NCBI RefSeq assembly: GCF_000143415.4
Contig: NW_003314283.1
Coordinates: 1,142,364 to 1,206,363, forward strand
Length of the DNA stretch: 64,000 nt
Direction: 5' to 3'
From: Selaginella moellendorffii
Taxonomy: Eukaryota > Plantae > Lycopodiophyta
Numbering within the stretch: position 1 is the stretch's first letter; every line of letters begins with the position of its first letter. The notes beneath the pieces are model-generated. The model was given only the letters and a program-made list of their open reading frames with translations, was not told the DNA's origin and ran no database searches. Positions 62,700 through 64,000 of this stretch are shown here, piece after piece. The position numbers were made by a program, and so were the translations under genes.

Positions 62700-64000
62700 T
62701 TGGACATCTTTGTTATGCCATGTGAGTTAGAAAACTTAGATTGTTGCACTCACCCCTTGGCAAAAGTTGGCAGTCCAACAAATTTGTGTTAATTTTGATA
62801 GTTAAGATTCTGTTTTGGATTCTTTATAATCTTTTGAAGATGTTACATAGCAAGTGGGAATTCTTTCCTAAGGTAAGAGGATGGTTCTTGAAGGTATGCG
62901 AGGCAAACTTAGAAGAGCATGTTGGGAAGAGCTCCAATAGCAAAATCTCAAGGTGGCACTACTGATGCATGGCCTTAAGAGGTGAGTGGAAGTTGTCCCA
63001 AAGCCAGTGGACAAGCAACACTAGAGGAGTTCACAATTTAGCTATCTGAGAATCTTAAGGGGAATTTAAATCTTTCTTACAACTCCTGGATGAGAACAGG
63101 GATTCTCTTCTACATCCAAATACCATGCCCAATAAATATTAACTTACAACATGCCACTAGAAGGTTTGGCATCAAGAATGGTTATCTATTTGATGTGAAA
63201 TAAGGTGGTGATAGTGGTTTGGAGGTTGACCTAAAGGTCTTCACCCTTTAGTGATCTATCAAGATAGCAATATTCCCTAAGAAAGGAATCTAAGTGGAAA
63301 AGAAACATCAGGAAGTCAAGGTTGGAAAAAATTTACAAGGCTAAAGACTAATAAATGAGGAGCATTCTTTTTAATATAATTCAAAACCAGGTACCCAAGT
63401 ATTTCATTATGAGGAGGATATATATGTTCCAATGGTGTATAACTCCATGTTTGGACCAATAATTCACAAGTAAGAGTCTTTTGGGGGTATAGAGGATCTA
63501 AATTTTTGCAAGATTCCTCAATTTTGGGAAAACTCAAGTTTCCCATGTTTAAAAGCGATGATTTAATAGATGAGAACCAAGACTAGTTGTTTACTCTCTT
63601 TACAACCAAAGAAATGAATGAATGGTTCATATATACTATGATTCTATAGGAAGGATCTACTATATCTATTGGTCTTGCTTGAGTTTAATGGAATATAAAC
63701 AAGGATGAGTTCTTATTCCATCTTGGAGAATATGAGCTTGGTTTGGAGAATGATAGACAATTTTATAGATCAAATTATATTCAATCTAGGTTGATTAGTA
63801 AGTATAGAGTTAAAAATTTCTTTTCCACAAAGTTGAAAAGAATATAGTGCAAGAGTTAATATACTTAAGCCAATAAAGAGTATATAGAATTAAAAGTAAT
63901 TATAGTGCATGTGATTATGGGATGAGATTTCAATATACTATCAACATGGATCCTTAGAACTTGGGAAATAAATGAGGATAAAATAGCCACTAAGGTTTGT
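62700..64000 (-). mobile_element. Possible highly decayed LINE reverse-transcriptase 3' remnant
   Basis: Minus strand MKYLG at ~63395 followed by an SLKG-like segment; otherwise stop-riddled. Weak evidence. Confidence 0.3.

Overview
Compact, gene-dense plant nuclear DNA with many introns of about 50-70 nt. It is most consistent with the lycophyte Selaginella; this is an inference from gene content, intron size, PLS-type PPR debris and Bowman-Birk genes. From left to right the window holds: (1) a non-coding LARD-like LTR retroelement with a tRNA-iMet PBS, whose internal domain folds into a five-way junction with two T-loop hairpins and a duplicated, covarying four-way junction; (2) a scrambled inverted duplication in which two Bowman-Birk inhibitor genes (one frameshifted), PPR debris and complementary PRMT10 fragments flank an intact PRMT10; (3) tRNA-Gly(GCC); (4) TOM9/TOM22 with two box C/D snoRNAs in its 5'-UTR intron; (5) a decayed Ty3/gypsy element with a 4-bp TSD; (6) an aspartic-protease pseudogene; (7) a run of genes: R2R3-MYB (S14-like), ETR1-like ethylene receptor, EH/Pan1-like protein, PAR1-AGP chimera, alpha/beta hydrolase, GT29, NRPB11, R2R3-MYB (S22-like), GUP1-like MBOAT plus a partial duplicate, PXY/TDR-like LRR-RLK, NF-YB and USB1; (8) an AT-rich intronless gene for an unknown domain plus a bulb-type lectin, sandwiched between duplicated USB1 5' ends. 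All homology calls are from recognition by eye; no searches were run. Spliced genes are given as start-to-stop spans.
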